The notes under the pieces were generated by a model. The model was not told the DNA's origin. It ran no database searches and saw only the letters and a program-made list of their open reading frames with translations. Below are positions 31,024 to 40,555 of a DNA stretch of 64,000 nucleotides, piece by piece. Numbering within the stretch: the first letter of the stretch is position 1; every line of letters starts with the position of its first letter. The position numbers were made by a program, and so were the translations under genes. Source of the stretch: Dehalococcoidia bacterium (lineage in GTDB: Bacteria; Chloroflexota; Dehalococcoidia; Plut-88900); the NCBI GenBank assembly GCA_965197585.1, contig OZ240215.1:960001-1024000 (forward strand), read 5' to 3'.

Positions 31024-32415
31024 ATGGAGAACGTGATTTATTCGTCGGCGAAGACGTTGGCGGGGCTGGTTAGCAAGGGTGAGGTCTCGGCGGTGGAGTT
31101 GGTCGAAGGCTACATGAGCCGCATCGAAGAGGTGAACCCGAAGCTCAACGCGGTGGTGCAGTTCTGCACCGACCGGGCGATGGATGAGGCGAAGGCGGCG
31201 GACGAGTCCCGGGCCAAGGGCGACTCCCTGGGCGCCCTGCACGGAGTCCCGATGACGATCAAAGACTCCCTCGACACACAGGGTGTCATAAGCACGGGCG
31301 GGACCCTCGGCAGGGCCAAGTTCGTGCCCGAAGAGGATGCGACGGTGGTAAAGCGGCTTCGGGAGGCGGGAGCCATCCTGCTGGGGAAGACCAACACGCC
31401 TGAACTAACCCTGCACGGTGAGACGGACAACCTGATCTACGGACGCACCAACAACCCCTACGACTTGGACAGGAACCCGAACGGCAGCAGCGGCGGAGCA
31501 GCGGCAATAGTCTCCTCCGGCGGAGTGCCCTTTGACCTGGGCAGCGACACGGGAGGAAGCATCCGGGCACCGGCCCACGTCTGTGGGATTGCGGGGATCA
31601 AACCGACCTCCGGGCGGGTGTCGAGGACCGGGCACATCGTGCCGTGGGGAATGGGGGCGTTGGACGCGTTGACGACCATCGGACCGATGACTCGGTACGT
31701 TGAAGACCTGGACCTGGTCCTGCGAGTAATTGCGGGGCCGGACGGCCGGGACCCGGGGCTAGTGCCCATGCCTCTGCTTGACCCCTCCGAGGTCTCGATA
31801 AAGGGGCTAAGGGCGGCGTTCCATACCAACAACGGCAACATCGAACCTACGGCGGAAACGAATGCCATGGTCCAGGCTGTGGCCTCGGCGCTGGAGGAGG
31901 CGGGGGTGGAGATTGAGGAATCAGTTCCGGAAGCGCTGAAGCAGGCGACCCGGCTCTACGAAAGCATCGAATACGCCGATGGAGGCGCTTGGATTCAGAG
32001 GATGTTGGATGCCGCGGGAACGACAAAGGTCAGCGAGGAGATCGGGCGCAGGCAAGGCACTGTCGAACCTGTGTCGAGCGCCCAACTGATGCTGCTTCTG
32101 GAAGAGCTGGACGCTTACCGGTCGGACATGCTGGCCTATATGCAAAGTTACGACATCATCGTGTGTCCCACGGCGGCTTTCCCCGCTACGCCGCACGGGA
32201 CATGGAAGTTGGGCGGCATATACCGGGAGTACAGCCATACGTCGGCGTACAACCTCACGGGCTGGCCGGGTGGCGTGGTCCGGGCGGGAACTTCACCCGA
32301 GGGACTGCCTATCAACGTGCAGATCGTGGCTCGACCCTGGAGGGAAGACGTGGTCCTGGCAGTGCTCGCGCACGTTGAGGAGCGATTCGGCGGATGGGTG
32401 ATGCCGTCGGTATAG
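31024..32415 (+). CDS. Amidase signature family enzyme
   Basis: 'GVPMTIKD', 'GKTNTPE', 'GSSGG', 'GSDTGGSIR'. Confidence 0.93.
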   Translation: MENVIYSSAKTLAGLVSKGEVSAVELVEGYMSRIEEVNPKLNAVVQFCTDRAMDEAKAADESRAKGDSLGALHGVPMTIKDSLDTQGVISTGGTLGRAKFVPEEDATVVKRLREAGAILLGKTNTPELTLHGETDNLIYGRTNNPYDLDRNPNGSSGGAAAIVSSGGVPFDLGSDTGGSIRAPAHVCGIAGIKPTSGRVSRTGHIVPWGMGALDALTTIGPMTRYVEDLDLVLRVIAGPDGRDPGLVPMPLLDPSEVSIKGLRAAFHTNNGNIEPTAETNAMVQAVASALEEAGVEIEESVPEALKQATRLYESIEYADGGAWIQRMLDAAGTTKVSEEIGRRQGTVEPVSSAQLMLLLEELDAYRSDMLAYMQSYDIIVCPTAAFPATPHGTWKLGGIYREYSHTSAYNLTGWPGGVVRAGTSPEGLPINVQIVARPWREDVVLAVLAHVEERFGGWVMPSV

Positions 32416-32448
32416 CGGTCTGGGCCTAGACAAGAAGGAGGAGCAAGC

Positions 32449-33612
32449 TTGGAATACGGAGAGCAGTTCGGGCAGACCTTTCCGAAAGAGGAGTTCGAGA
32501 GACGGTTGTCGGAGGTGCGGCGCGGGATGGAGGAGAAGGGGCTGGACGCCTTGCTGCAGTTCTCTCCGGCCAACCTTTTCTACCTCACCGGATATAACAC
32601 GGCGGGCTTCAACAACTGGCAATGCCTGGTTGTTCCTCTTACCGGGGACCCTGTCCTGGTCCTCCGCCTGTTGGAGCGGCCCATCGCCCTGGCGACCGCC
32701 TGGAGCGAGTTGATTGAGACCTACCAGGACCACGAGGACCCCGAGGCCGCGGTAGCGCGCACACTGAGCGACCTCGGCCTTTCGAACTCGAGCCTCGGGG
32801 CTGAGCAGACGAGCCCATTCTTAACTGTTGGCTCGTACAACAAACTGGATGGATTAGTCGGCGGACGGCTGGTGGATGGAACGGGTATCGTTGAGTCGGT
32901 GCGGCTGATCAAATCGGAGCTGGAGTTGACCTATTTCCGGAGGGCTGCTCGGTGTACGGAGGCAGGGATGAAGGCCGCAATCGAAGCGATTGAAGAGGGG
33001 AAGACTGAGAATGACGTGGCCGCCGAGTCGTACCGGGCGATGACCGACACCGGCGGCGAATTCTTCTGCAACAGCCCGATTGTGACAGCCGGACCTAAAT
33101 CGGGTATAGCGCATACCACCTATCACCGGCGGACTCTGGAGCGAGGCGACCCAGTTGCCATCGAGATAGGGGCCACCTTCAACCGGTACACTTCACCCTT
33201 GTTCAGGACGGCTGCGGTTGGCGAAGCGACCCCCGAGCTGCAGCGGATGCACGACGCCTGCAAGGAAGCCATGGAAGCGGCAATCGAGGCGATAAAGCCG
33301 GGCGCGCGGTCTCGGGATGTCCAGGAGGCTTGCCAGAAGGTGATAGACGCTCGGGGTTTCGAGCCGCACTTCAGGAAGCGGGTGGGGTACGGGCTGGGGG
33401 TCGGGTATCCACCGACGTGGGGCGAGGGACACATCATCGATCTTAAGCACCACGACGAGCGAGAGCTTCGACCCAACATGGTATTCCATGTGGTTCCGGC
33501 ACTTCGAGAACACGGCGAGTACGGAGTCGGGACCAGCGAAACTGTGGTGGTCACGGAGTCGGGGCACGAGGTTATTACGGATTTTCCAACTGAGCTGTTC
33601 ATCAGGGGATAA
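32449..33612 (+). CDS. M24 Xaa-Pro peptidase/creatinase family hydrolase (DoeA-like)
   Basis: Creatinase N-domain 'ANLFYLTGY', 'RLIKSELE', 'GYGLGVGYPPTWGE'. Confidence 0.85.
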   Translation: MEYGEQFGQTFPKEEFERRLSEVRRGMEEKGLDALLQFSPANLFYLTGYNTAGFNNWQCLVVPLTGDPVLVLRLLERPIALATAWSELIETYQDHEDPEAAVARTLSDLGLSNSSLGAEQTSPFLTVGSYNKLDGLVGGRLVDGTGIVESVRLIKSELELTYFRRAARCTEAGMKAAIEAIEEGKTENDVAAESYRAMTDTGGEFFCNSPIVTAGPKSGIAHTTYHRRTLERGDPVAIEIGATFNRYTSPLFRTAAVGEATPELQRMHDACKEAMEAAIEAIKPGARSRDVQEACQKVIDARGFEPHFRKRVGYGLGVGYPPTWGEGHIIDLKHHDERELRPNMVFHVVPALREHGEYGVGTSETVVVTESGHEVITDFPTELFIRG

Positions 33613-33651
33613 ACGGATACACGTTACATAATGAGGAAGGAATAACGCACA

Positions 33652-34812
33652 ATGAGCTACGAAATCATTTCCGCAGACACACATCTCGACATAACGTGGT
33701 TACCTGGAGACATGTTTGTAGAGGGCGCCCCGGCGAACATGAAGAGCAGGATGCCCCGCGTAAAAGACACGGATGCCGGGCCCCGATGGATGGTGGAGGA
33801 CACCGATGTAGCGGGGGTCGGGGGTGGGGGTTTGACTGGCAACTTCAGCAAGTACGTGCGGGGGCAGTCCAAGCTGCTGGACAAGATGGACGACGTCGGT
33901 TTCTTCTCCGGCATCGACGAAGGGATATACCACCCGTCCGACGTTGACCTTCGAATCAAGGACCAGGAGATAGACGGCATCGACGCTGAGGTGATGTACG
34001 GAATTCTCGCTATTGGCGGAGGGGCCTTTTCGATACCGGGGTTCCAGGACCCGGCAGTCCTGGCGACGGTCTATGACGTTTACAACGCGTGGGTCGGCGA
34101 TTTCGTCAAGGCGAACCCGCAGCGGTTGGCGGCGTTGGGCTGCCTCAGTGTACATGACCCGGAGGACGCGGCTCGACAGTTGCGTCTGGCAGCGGAGTCG
34201 GGGTTGAGAGGGGCCGAGATCAATGTGAAGAAGATGACTAAGCCGATGTATCACGGGGCGTGGGACCCTCTGTGGGAAGCCTCGCAAGAGCTTGGTATGC
34301 CGGTGTCGTTCCACGCGCTGGGGCCTGAGCTCCGGGGCCCGGAGCCCGAGGACGAAGCCGAATATGGAACAATACACCAGGGGATGAGCACCGTGACGTT
34401 CCAGTTGTCCGGCGCGGAGATTGTGTTGGCTGTGATTCTGTCGGGGGCGTGTGAGCGGTATCCGGGGTTCAGGTTCGTACTTGGGGAGTGCGGAATTGGG
34501 TGGATACCCTACGTGGTCGAAAGGATGGATATGGAGTACGAGGACAAATTCTTCCGGCTGGGCCTGAACTTAAAGCCAAGCGAGTACTGGCGAAGGCAGG
34601 GATTCTCCACGTTCCAGTACGAGCACGTGTCGATGGACCAGGTGAACAGGATCGGGGTGGACAGCATCATGTGGGGGTCCGACTACCCGCACCCGGACGG
34701 CGTGTTCCCCGAGTCCCGCAAGGTGATCGAAGAGACCCTCGGGCACCTGGAACCGGAAGTGTTTCGAAAGATAGTCTGCGAGAACGCGGCTAACCTGTAC
34801 GGGTTTAACTAG
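33652..34812 (+). CDS. Amidohydrolase_2 family protein
   Basis: 'ISADTH', 'ECGIGWIP', 'WGSDYPH'. Confidence 0.9.
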   Translation: MSYEIISADTHLDITWLPGDMFVEGAPANMKSRMPRVKDTDAGPRWMVEDTDVAGVGGGGLTGNFSKYVRGQSKLLDKMDDVGFFSGIDEGIYHPSDVDLRIKDQEIDGIDAEVMYGILAIGGGAFSIPGFQDPAVLATVYDVYNAWVGDFVKANPQRLAALGCLSVHDPEDAARQLRLAAESGLRGAEINVKKMTKPMYHGAWDPLWEASQELGMPVSFHALGPELRGPEPEDEAEYGTIHQGMSTVTFQLSGAEIVLAVILSGACERYPGFRFVLGECGIGWIPYVVERMDMEYEDKFFRLGLNLKPSEYWRRQGFSTFQYEHVSMDQVNRIGVDSIMWGSDYPHPDGVFPESRKVIEETLGHLEPEVFRKIVCENAANLYGFN

Positions 34813-34835
34813 GCACGATTTAAACAAGGATAAAG

Positions 34836-34873
34836 CGAAGGCCCCACCGCTAGCGGTGGGGCCTTCGTCTTTT
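34836..34873 (+). terminator. Rho-independent terminator between convergent operons
   Basis: 32-bp perfect palindrome CGAAGGCCCCACCGCTAGCGGTGGGGCCTTCG followed by TCTTTT. Confidence 0.85.
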
Positions 34874-34909
34874 GCCTGAAGAATGCCTGCCCGGGATACG
34901 ATGGCCGAA

Positions 34910-36202
34910 TTAGCTGGTAGAGCCGTTGTGACGGGCGGTGAGTTGGGGGTCGGGGGGTTGTTTTAGGCAACCGTGGGCCCCGCCGAGGCGTCGGAAGTCG
35001 CGGGAGCGTCGGGCGAGGTGGTTGCGGAACCGTATCACACCAATGTCGAGCCCGGAGAGCTTCTGCGGCAGGTCAAGGTTGAGCCGCTCTTTCTTGAAGA
35101 CGACCAGGTCTTCCTTTTCGTTGATGGCCACTACCGCCGCAGGCTTGCGCCAGAAGTAGTACCAGACGTCCTGCCAGAAACGTCCGAGGAAGGTCTTGGG
35201 GGTCTTGCAGAGGGTGAAGGTCCACATGCGGGTGTTGTGCTCGTCCAGGGGAACGCCCCATCGCATGTGAACGAAGGTGCCGACGCAGACCCGAACCTTG
35301 CTGGGAAGCTCGGCGTTGTGGTTGTAGGTAGCCCAGGCATCCTCTCCCTTGGCAGTGGGAATTGAGCCCGAGACAGGGGCATCGGGGGATTTCAGCTTTC
35401 GCCACCAGGTCTTGCGGGGCCATTTGCCAAGGCCGGGATATTCCGCCTCTCCGAAGATTACGTTCTTCTGGTGGAGGGTTACGAAGTCGTCACCCTCTTC
35501 GACGATCTTCACGCCGCCGGTGTAGACGGGCTTGGGTCGCCAGAAGGGGAGCCGCCAGTCCACGAAGCGCCAGAAGTTGACGTTCCGGTGCAGATAAAAC
35601 TCATGGTAGTCGACGCCCTGGTTGACGGGCTCGGTCCAGTTGACCTCCCAGTCCTTGACCCGGGTGTAGCGGCGGTCGTTGAGGGTGGGGTCCTTGAACT
35701 CCCAGGGCAGGTCTTCTTCCAGGGGCACCGGCTCGGTCTGGCCCATCCAGATGAAGACGATGCCTCGCCACTCGGCGGTGGGATATTTGCGGGAGCGCAT
35801 CTTGCCGACCATCGGGGAGTCTTCAGTCTCGATGAGACCGGCTACGCACTTCCCCGTCTCGTCAAAGGTGTAGCCGTGATAGGGGCAAGTCACCGTACCC
35901 TTGAATTCGCAGAAGCCCCGAGACAAGCGTGCGCCTCGGTGGGGGCACCACTCGTTCAAGGCTACGACGTTGCCGTCTTTGCCTCGAAACAGGACCAGCT
36001 CGTCGCCGAGCATCTTGAGGTTGACCGGCTTTCGACCGAGCTTTTTCGACCAGACGCCCGGATACCAGTACTCCCGGAACCCGACCCTGGGAACATAGTC
36101 GAATGGCCCGACCTGGGACGCCCCGAAGACTTCGTCCCCTCTCTGGGGAGTCACCTCCGCGATGCCAATGTCTTCCTGGGTTCTCGGAGCAGTGCTTACC
36201 AT
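34910..36202 (-). CDS. Rieske oxygenase alpha subunit
   Basis: 'CPHRG...CPYHG', 'DYHEFYLH'. Confidence 0.88.
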   Translation of the reverse strand: MVSTAPRTQEDIGIAEVTPQRGDEVFGASQVGPFDYVPRVGFREYWYPGVWSKKLGRKPVNLKMLGDELVLFRGKDGNVVALNEWCPHRGARLSRGFCEFKGTVTCPYHGYTFDETGKCVAGLIETEDSPMVGKMRSRKYPTAEWRGIVFIWMGQTEPVPLEEDLPWEFKDPTLNDRRYTRVKDWEVNWTEPVNQGVDYHEFYLHRNVNFWRFVDWRLPFWRPKPVYTGGVKIVEEGDDFVTLHQKNVIFGEAEYPGLGKWPRKTWWRKLKSPDAPVSGSIPTAKGEDAWATYNHNAELPSKVRVCVGTFVHMRWGVPLDEHNTRMWTFTLCKTPKTFLGRFWQDVWYYFWRKPAAVVAINEKEDLVVFKKERLNLDLPQKLSGLDIGVIRFRNHLARRSRDFRRLGGAHGCLKQPPDPQLTARHNGSTS

Positions 36203-36229
36203 GTCATCCTGCTTTCAGTTGCATTTGCT

Positions 36230-37324
36230 TTAGCCGGCCGGGGTCGCGGCGGGGGCCCTGGCCACCATCATGCACTTGGACGAGTTGAAGATGTGGGTCT
36301 GCATGAAATCGACGATCTCGGGTTGGTATCCGGTCTCGGTCAGGGCGCCTGCAAGGCACACCCAGTTCAGCAGCTCCTGCTGTCCCGACTCCTCGATCTG
36401 GTCGAGGGAGAGGTTGGCCCACAGGTGCTGGTTGCCGTCCCGGAGCTCTTCGAAGCGGGCGAGATCGGCGTCATTGTCGGGCCAGAGGAGGTGGTTCTTG
36501 GGTGTAAGGAACGCGTGAGACCAGCTGGAGGAGCCGATCAGAACTGCCCGGTAAGGGCTTTCCAATAATGCCTTGGCAGTTGCCGCCCCGATATCGAAAC
36601 AGAGGCGGGGGGATGGGGCGGGAGGGTCGGGCTCCGCGCCTTCCTCGGCGTTCAAGAAGCTGCCGCCCCTGTTCCGCACGACGCTGGAGCCGTAGCAATT
36701 GACGTGGAAGGGGACAACCGGATAATCAAACCCCGTGCGGTCGTAGTCCAGGAACAGGAGGGTGTTCATGAAGGCGTGAGGGAGGCCGCTGAAGTGCAGG
36801 TTCTTGTAGGAGTAGGGCATCGGGTAGCCATACTCCAGCAGCTTGGTAGTCAGATATTTGGCGGCGTTGGGGTGGCCGCGGTGGGTGAAAGTCTTGTCGA
36901 TGGACTCGTCCCAGACGTTGAAGACCTGGGTGCCATCGGGGGTGAACCATTTTCTATGAAAAGGCTGCGTCTCGAATGCATCGCTGATGTAGATGGAGAA
37001 GGGAGGCACGAGGTCCTCTCGGAAGTTCTCGTACTGATCGTCGCCCCAGATCAGGACGAAGTCGGGGTTGAAATCGTCGATCTCCTTACGGAGGGCGCGA
37101 AAGGATGAGACGAGGCGGTCCCGGTGAGCGGCAGCAGAGGCCTCGGCGTTGGCCCCATTGGGTCCATATTCCTGCTGCATAGCCTCCGGCCAATTGGTTT
37201 CGATCTTCATGTCGGGGGGCGTACGGTCGCTCTCGACATGCTTGCGTAGCTGGGAATACATGCCCTCGTCGGGATAGATGAGGGGAGGGTAGTGGGTCGT
37301 GCCGACCAGAAGCAGTTCAGCCAT
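36230..37324 (-). CDS. LigB-like (class III) extradiol ring-cleavage dioxygenase
   Basis: 'THYP', 'PDFVLIWGDDQYENF', 'LPHAF', 'SSSWSH'. Confidence 0.82.
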   Translation of the reverse strand: MAELLLVGTTHYPPLIYPDEGMYSQLRKHVESDRTPPDMKIETNWPEAMQQEYGPNGANAEASAAAHRDRLVSSFRALRKEIDDFNPDFVLIWGDDQYENFREDLVPPFSIYISDAFETQPFHRKWFTPDGTQVFNVWDESIDKTFTHRGHPNAAKYLTTKLLEYGYPMPYSYKNLHFSGLPHAFMNTLLFLDYDRTGFDYPVVPFHVNCYGSSVVRNRGGSFLNAEEGAEPDPPAPSPRLCFDIGAATAKALLESPYRAVLIGSSSWSHAFLTPKNHLLWPDNDADLARFEELRDGNQHLWANLSLDQIEESGQQELLNWVCLAGALTETGYQPEIVDFMQTHIFNSSKCMMVARAPAATPAG

Positions 37325-37410
37325 GGGACCTCCGTGGGCCATACTAAAGGCAGGTTTAGGTGTAAGTTGAGTTTGTAGTATAGGGCATCTGGTTTGTCAA
37401 CCGGCGAGGC

Positions 37411-37459
37411 CCTCGCATCCACCGGACAACCACGAAGGTACAACCTTCGTGGTGCGAGG
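37411..37459. other. Intergenic hairpin
   Basis: ACCACGAAGGT-ACA-ACCTTCGTGGT with an outer CCTCGCA/TGCGAGG stem; no U tract. Confidence 0.5.
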
Positions 37460-37460
37460 A

Positions 37461-38429
37461 CTAAGGCTTGAGAAGCAACTTGCCTATAGTGGCCCGGCTG
37501 GCGAGTCGGATGTGGGTGTCCGGGGCTTGGGGGAGGGGAGTTATGGAGTCGATGGTGACGTTCAGGTCGCCGGCAGCTACCCAGGAAAGAATGTCGTTTA
37601 GACGCCACTCGAGCTCTTCCCGGGTCGATGAATAGTCGACGCCCGAGGGCCGGGTCAGGTAGAGGGAGCCGAGGGAGTTCAGGACTCGGGGGTTGAAGGG
37701 GGGTACAGGGCCGCTGGACTGGCCGCAAAGAACGAGGTAACCCCTGCGCCTTAGGCACTGAAGGCTTTGATCGAAGGTGGTCTTCCCGACGCTGTCGTAG
37801 ACGACATGAACTCCGACATCGCCGGTAATGCGCTTCACCTCTGCCTCAAAGTCCTGCTCGGTGTAGATGATGACCTCATCGCACCCCGCGGCCTTTGCCA
37901 CCTCCGCCTTTACGTGGGTCGAGACCGTGCCTATGACGGTCGCGCCCAGGCGTTTCGCCATCTGGACCATGAGAAGGCCGAGACCCCCGGCGGCGGCGTG
38001 GACCAGGCAGGTCTCGCCTTCCTTCAGGGGGTAACAGCTATGGACAAGATAGTGGGCAGTGGTCCCCTGCCCCATGACCGCGGCAGCGCTTTCGAAGGAA
38101 CAGACGTCGGGGAGGTTGATGACGCGTCGGATGGGGACGTTGGTCATCTCGGCGTAGGCCCCGAGAGCCCCGTAATACCCCACACGGTCCCCAATGCTGA
38201 AGTCGGTAATCCCATCTCCAAGTGCTGTTATCGTTCCCGCGCCCTCGGTTCCGGGGGTGTAGGGCAGCTTCATCGGGTACTCGCCGCTGCGCTGGTAGAT
38301 GTCCCGGAAGTTGACACCGATAGCTTCCTGTTTGATCTGGACTTGGCTGGGGGCGGGGGGTGGCAGCTCGAAGTCCTTGCATACCATGACCTCAGGGCCG
38401 CCCTGCTCTTCGACTCGGATGGCTTTCAT
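37461..38429 (-). CDS. qor: NADPH:quinone oxidoreductase (zeta-crystallin family)
   Basis: 'GVNFRD', 'VHAAAGGLG', 'VVYDSVGK', 'GSLYLTRP'. Confidence 0.88.
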   Translation of the reverse strand: MKAIRVEEQGGPEVMVCKDFELPPPAPSQVQIKQEAIGVNFRDIYQRSGEYPMKLPYTPGTEGAGTITALGDGITDFSIGDRVGYYGALGAYAEMTNVPIRRVINLPDVCSFESAAAVMGQGTTAHYLVHSCYPLKEGETCLVHAAAGGLGLLMVQMAKRLGATVIGTVSTHVKAEVAKAAGCDEVIIYTEQDFEAEVKRITGDVGVHVVYDSVGKTTFDQSLQCLRRRGYLVLCGQSSGPVPPFNPRVLNSLGSLYLTRPSGVDYSSTREELEWRLNDILSWVAAGDLNVTIDSITPLPQAPDTHIRLASRATIGKLLLKP

Positions 38430-38523
38430 GGGGGTATTCTAACATTCCGGTTTATGAGGGTATTGGAGGAAGTGGTAGGATGGTGCAAGAGGGTGAGACA
38501 TTAGGCCGATTCGTGCTTGGGAA

Positions 38524-38557
38524 AGTCCTAGATTCCTCGCGGAGCCTCGGAATGACA
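38524..38557 (+). repeat. Intact family A REP (empty target for both IS types)
   Basis: AGTCCTAGATTCCTCGCGGAGCCTCGGAATGACA. Confidence 0.88.
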
Positions 38558-38604
38558 AGGGTAAGGGCGTTGGCTCGATTCGGGTTTTGTAATGGAGGTA
38601 TCTC

Positions 38605-39363
38605 ATGGCTGACGATATGACCGGCAAAGTGGCATTGGTGACCGGCGGGGGCTCGGGGATTGGGAGGGCGGCGGTTCTGGCCTTTGCGAAGAGGGGTGCG
38701 ACGGTTGCGACCGTCGACTTGGATGAGGCCGGAGGCGCAGAGACAGTGCGGTTGGCGGGTGAGCTTGGGGCGAAGGTGGACTTCTGGCGGGTCGACGTGT
38801 CCAAGGCCGATGAGGTGGAGGCGATGGTATCGCACGTGGTGGCGAGCCACGGGCATCTGGACTACGCCTACAACAACGCAGGAATCGAGGGCCCGACGGG
38901 CAGCCTCGTCGACTGCTCGGAAGCCGACTTCGACAAGGTGATCTCGGTTAACCTGAAGGGCGTGTGGCTCTGCATGAAGTCCGAGATTCCGGTGATGGTT
39001 GCCGCAGGCGGAGGGGCGATAGTCAACACGTCGTCGATAAGCGGATTGAAAGGGAGCTCGCGGTTAGGGCCGTATACGGGGAGCAAGTTCGGGGTGGCGG
39101 GGCTTACGAGGTCGGCGGCGCTGGAGTTCGGAGGGCAAGGGGTGCGGGTCAACGCGATATGTCCCGGCACTATAGACACTCCGATGGTCGAGCGGCTCTG
39201 GGGCGCCGACCCGAACAAGAGCCGCCAACTCCTCGAAGGGACGCCGCTGCATCGGCAAGGAGATCCGGCGGAAGTGGCGGAGGTTGTGGTGTGGCTGTGC
39301 TCGGACGCGGCTTCGTACGTGAATGGGAACCTGATGAAGGTGGACGGGGGTTATCTGGCGTAG
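38605..39363 (+). CDS. SDR family oxidoreductase
   Basis: 'TGGGSGIG', 'NNAG', 'YTGSK'. Confidence 0.93.
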   Translation: MADDMTGKVALVTGGGSGIGRAAVLAFAKRGATVATVDLDEAGGAETVRLAGELGAKVDFWRVDVSKADEVEAMVSHVVASHGHLDYAYNNAGIEGPTGSLVDCSEADFDKVISVNLKGVWLCMKSEIPVMVAAGGGAIVNTSSISGLKGSSRLGPYTGSKFGVAGLTRSAALEFGGQGVRVNAICPGTIDTPMVERLWGADPNKSRQLLEGTPLHRQGDPAEVAEVVVWLCSDAASYVNGNLMKVDGGYLA

Positions 39364-39394
39364 GGGGCAGCGCTCCGGATTCGGGAGTGAGTGG

Positions 39395-39886
39395 TTAGCT
39401 GCTTAAGGTTTTCTCGTAGAAGAAGCTGAGCGGGTCGTCCCAGTAGTCTCCGAACGGCGGGATCTTGTAATAACCGTTCCGTTCGTAGAGGCCGATGGCT
39501 TCCGGCTGGGAAATACCGGTTTCCAGGCGCACCTTGGAAAATCCTCCAGCGACTGCCTGGTCTTCCAGGTGTTTGAGCATTTGTTTGGCGTAGCCCCGAC
39601 CTCGGAACTCGGGGCGAACGTACATGCACTTGATTTCACCGTAGCTCTCGTCGGCCCCGTTTGGGTCGCCGAAGAAGTGCACGCCTCCGCAAGCGGTCGG
39701 CGCTTCGTTTTCGTATAGAACGAAGAACTCGACCCGTTGGGCCACCAGTTTCTCGATGCTGTACCCGTGCTGGCTTTCCTCTGGATACAGCGGGTCCAGG
39801 TAGGCGTCCAACTCCCCGATGAGCGTGCGCGCCGCCTCAGTTCGGGGATCTTCTTGCCGGATGGTGAAAGACTTATCGGCAGTCAT
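39395..39886 (-). CDS. GNAT family N-acetyltransferase
   Basis: 'MYVRPEFRGRG', 'LETGISQPEAIGLYE'. Confidence 0.9.
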   Translation of the reverse strand: MTADKSFTIRQEDPRTEAARTLIGELDAYLDPLYPEESQHGYSIEKLVAQRVEFFVLYENEAPTACGGVHFFGDPNGADESYGEIKCMYVRPEFRGRGYAKQMLKHLEDQAVAGGFSKVRLETGISQPEAIGLYERNGYYKIPPFGDYWDDPLSFFYEKTLSS

Positions 39887-39942
39887 GTTCTCAGTCTAGT
39901 AATGCCGCATCAGACTGCCTCCTCTCACCAGCGAGTCCGGGG

Positions 39943-40389
39943 TCATCCGACTTCCGGGTGGGCGCTCCAGGAGGTGAAGGGCTGACTGCTCGCGGGAAGG
40001 GTGATGTCGGATATCTGTCCTGGGGCCAAATTGACCGGCGTTGTCGGGCCTAGCTCTATCCCGTTGGAGAGATGGACCTCTACCCTGACTCGGGTTAGAG
40101 TGGTCTCCGTGGTGTTTTCGACCGTGCCAACGAATGCGTTGGAGGTCGAGTCATACCGAAGAATCAGCCGGGCGCCGGCGCGAACCTCATCGAAGGTCTC
40201 GTTTAGAGAAAACTGGGTGCCGGATTCTTCTTCGCCATCGTCTTCACCGGATTCCGACTCGCTGCTGTGCTCACCATTCTCTGAGTTGTCACCAGCCTCG
40301 CCGGATTCCGGGTTGCTGCCGCCGCAACCGGCTAGAGAGATTGCCAGAACGAGACCGATTAATATTAAGACCATCCAATATCGGGTCAT
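39943..40389 (-). CDS. Putative lipoprotein (FxLYD-like Ig fold)
   Basis: Signal peptide with lipobox 'LAGC', acidic linker, 'GTVENT' beta-domain. Confidence 0.72.
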   Translation of the reverse strand: MTRYWMVLILIGLVLAISLAGCGGSNPESGEAGDNSENGEHSSESESGEDDGEEESGTQFSLNETFDEVRAGARLILRYDSTSNAFVGTVENTTETTLTRVRVEVHLSNGIELGPTTPVNLAPGQISDITLPASSQPFTSWSAHPEVG

Positions 40390-40555
40390 GGAACTCCTTC
40401 TTTGTGTTGACGGGATTACGCGTTTCGTGTTGCCCCAGTATCCGATGACAACACTGATGGGAGGGCGCATTCTAGGGCAGGCTTTCGACGCTGGCAAGTC
40501 CCTCGACAGCATACCTAGAGCTTCCACGTACCCTGGCCCCGAGGAAGTAAGGGGG

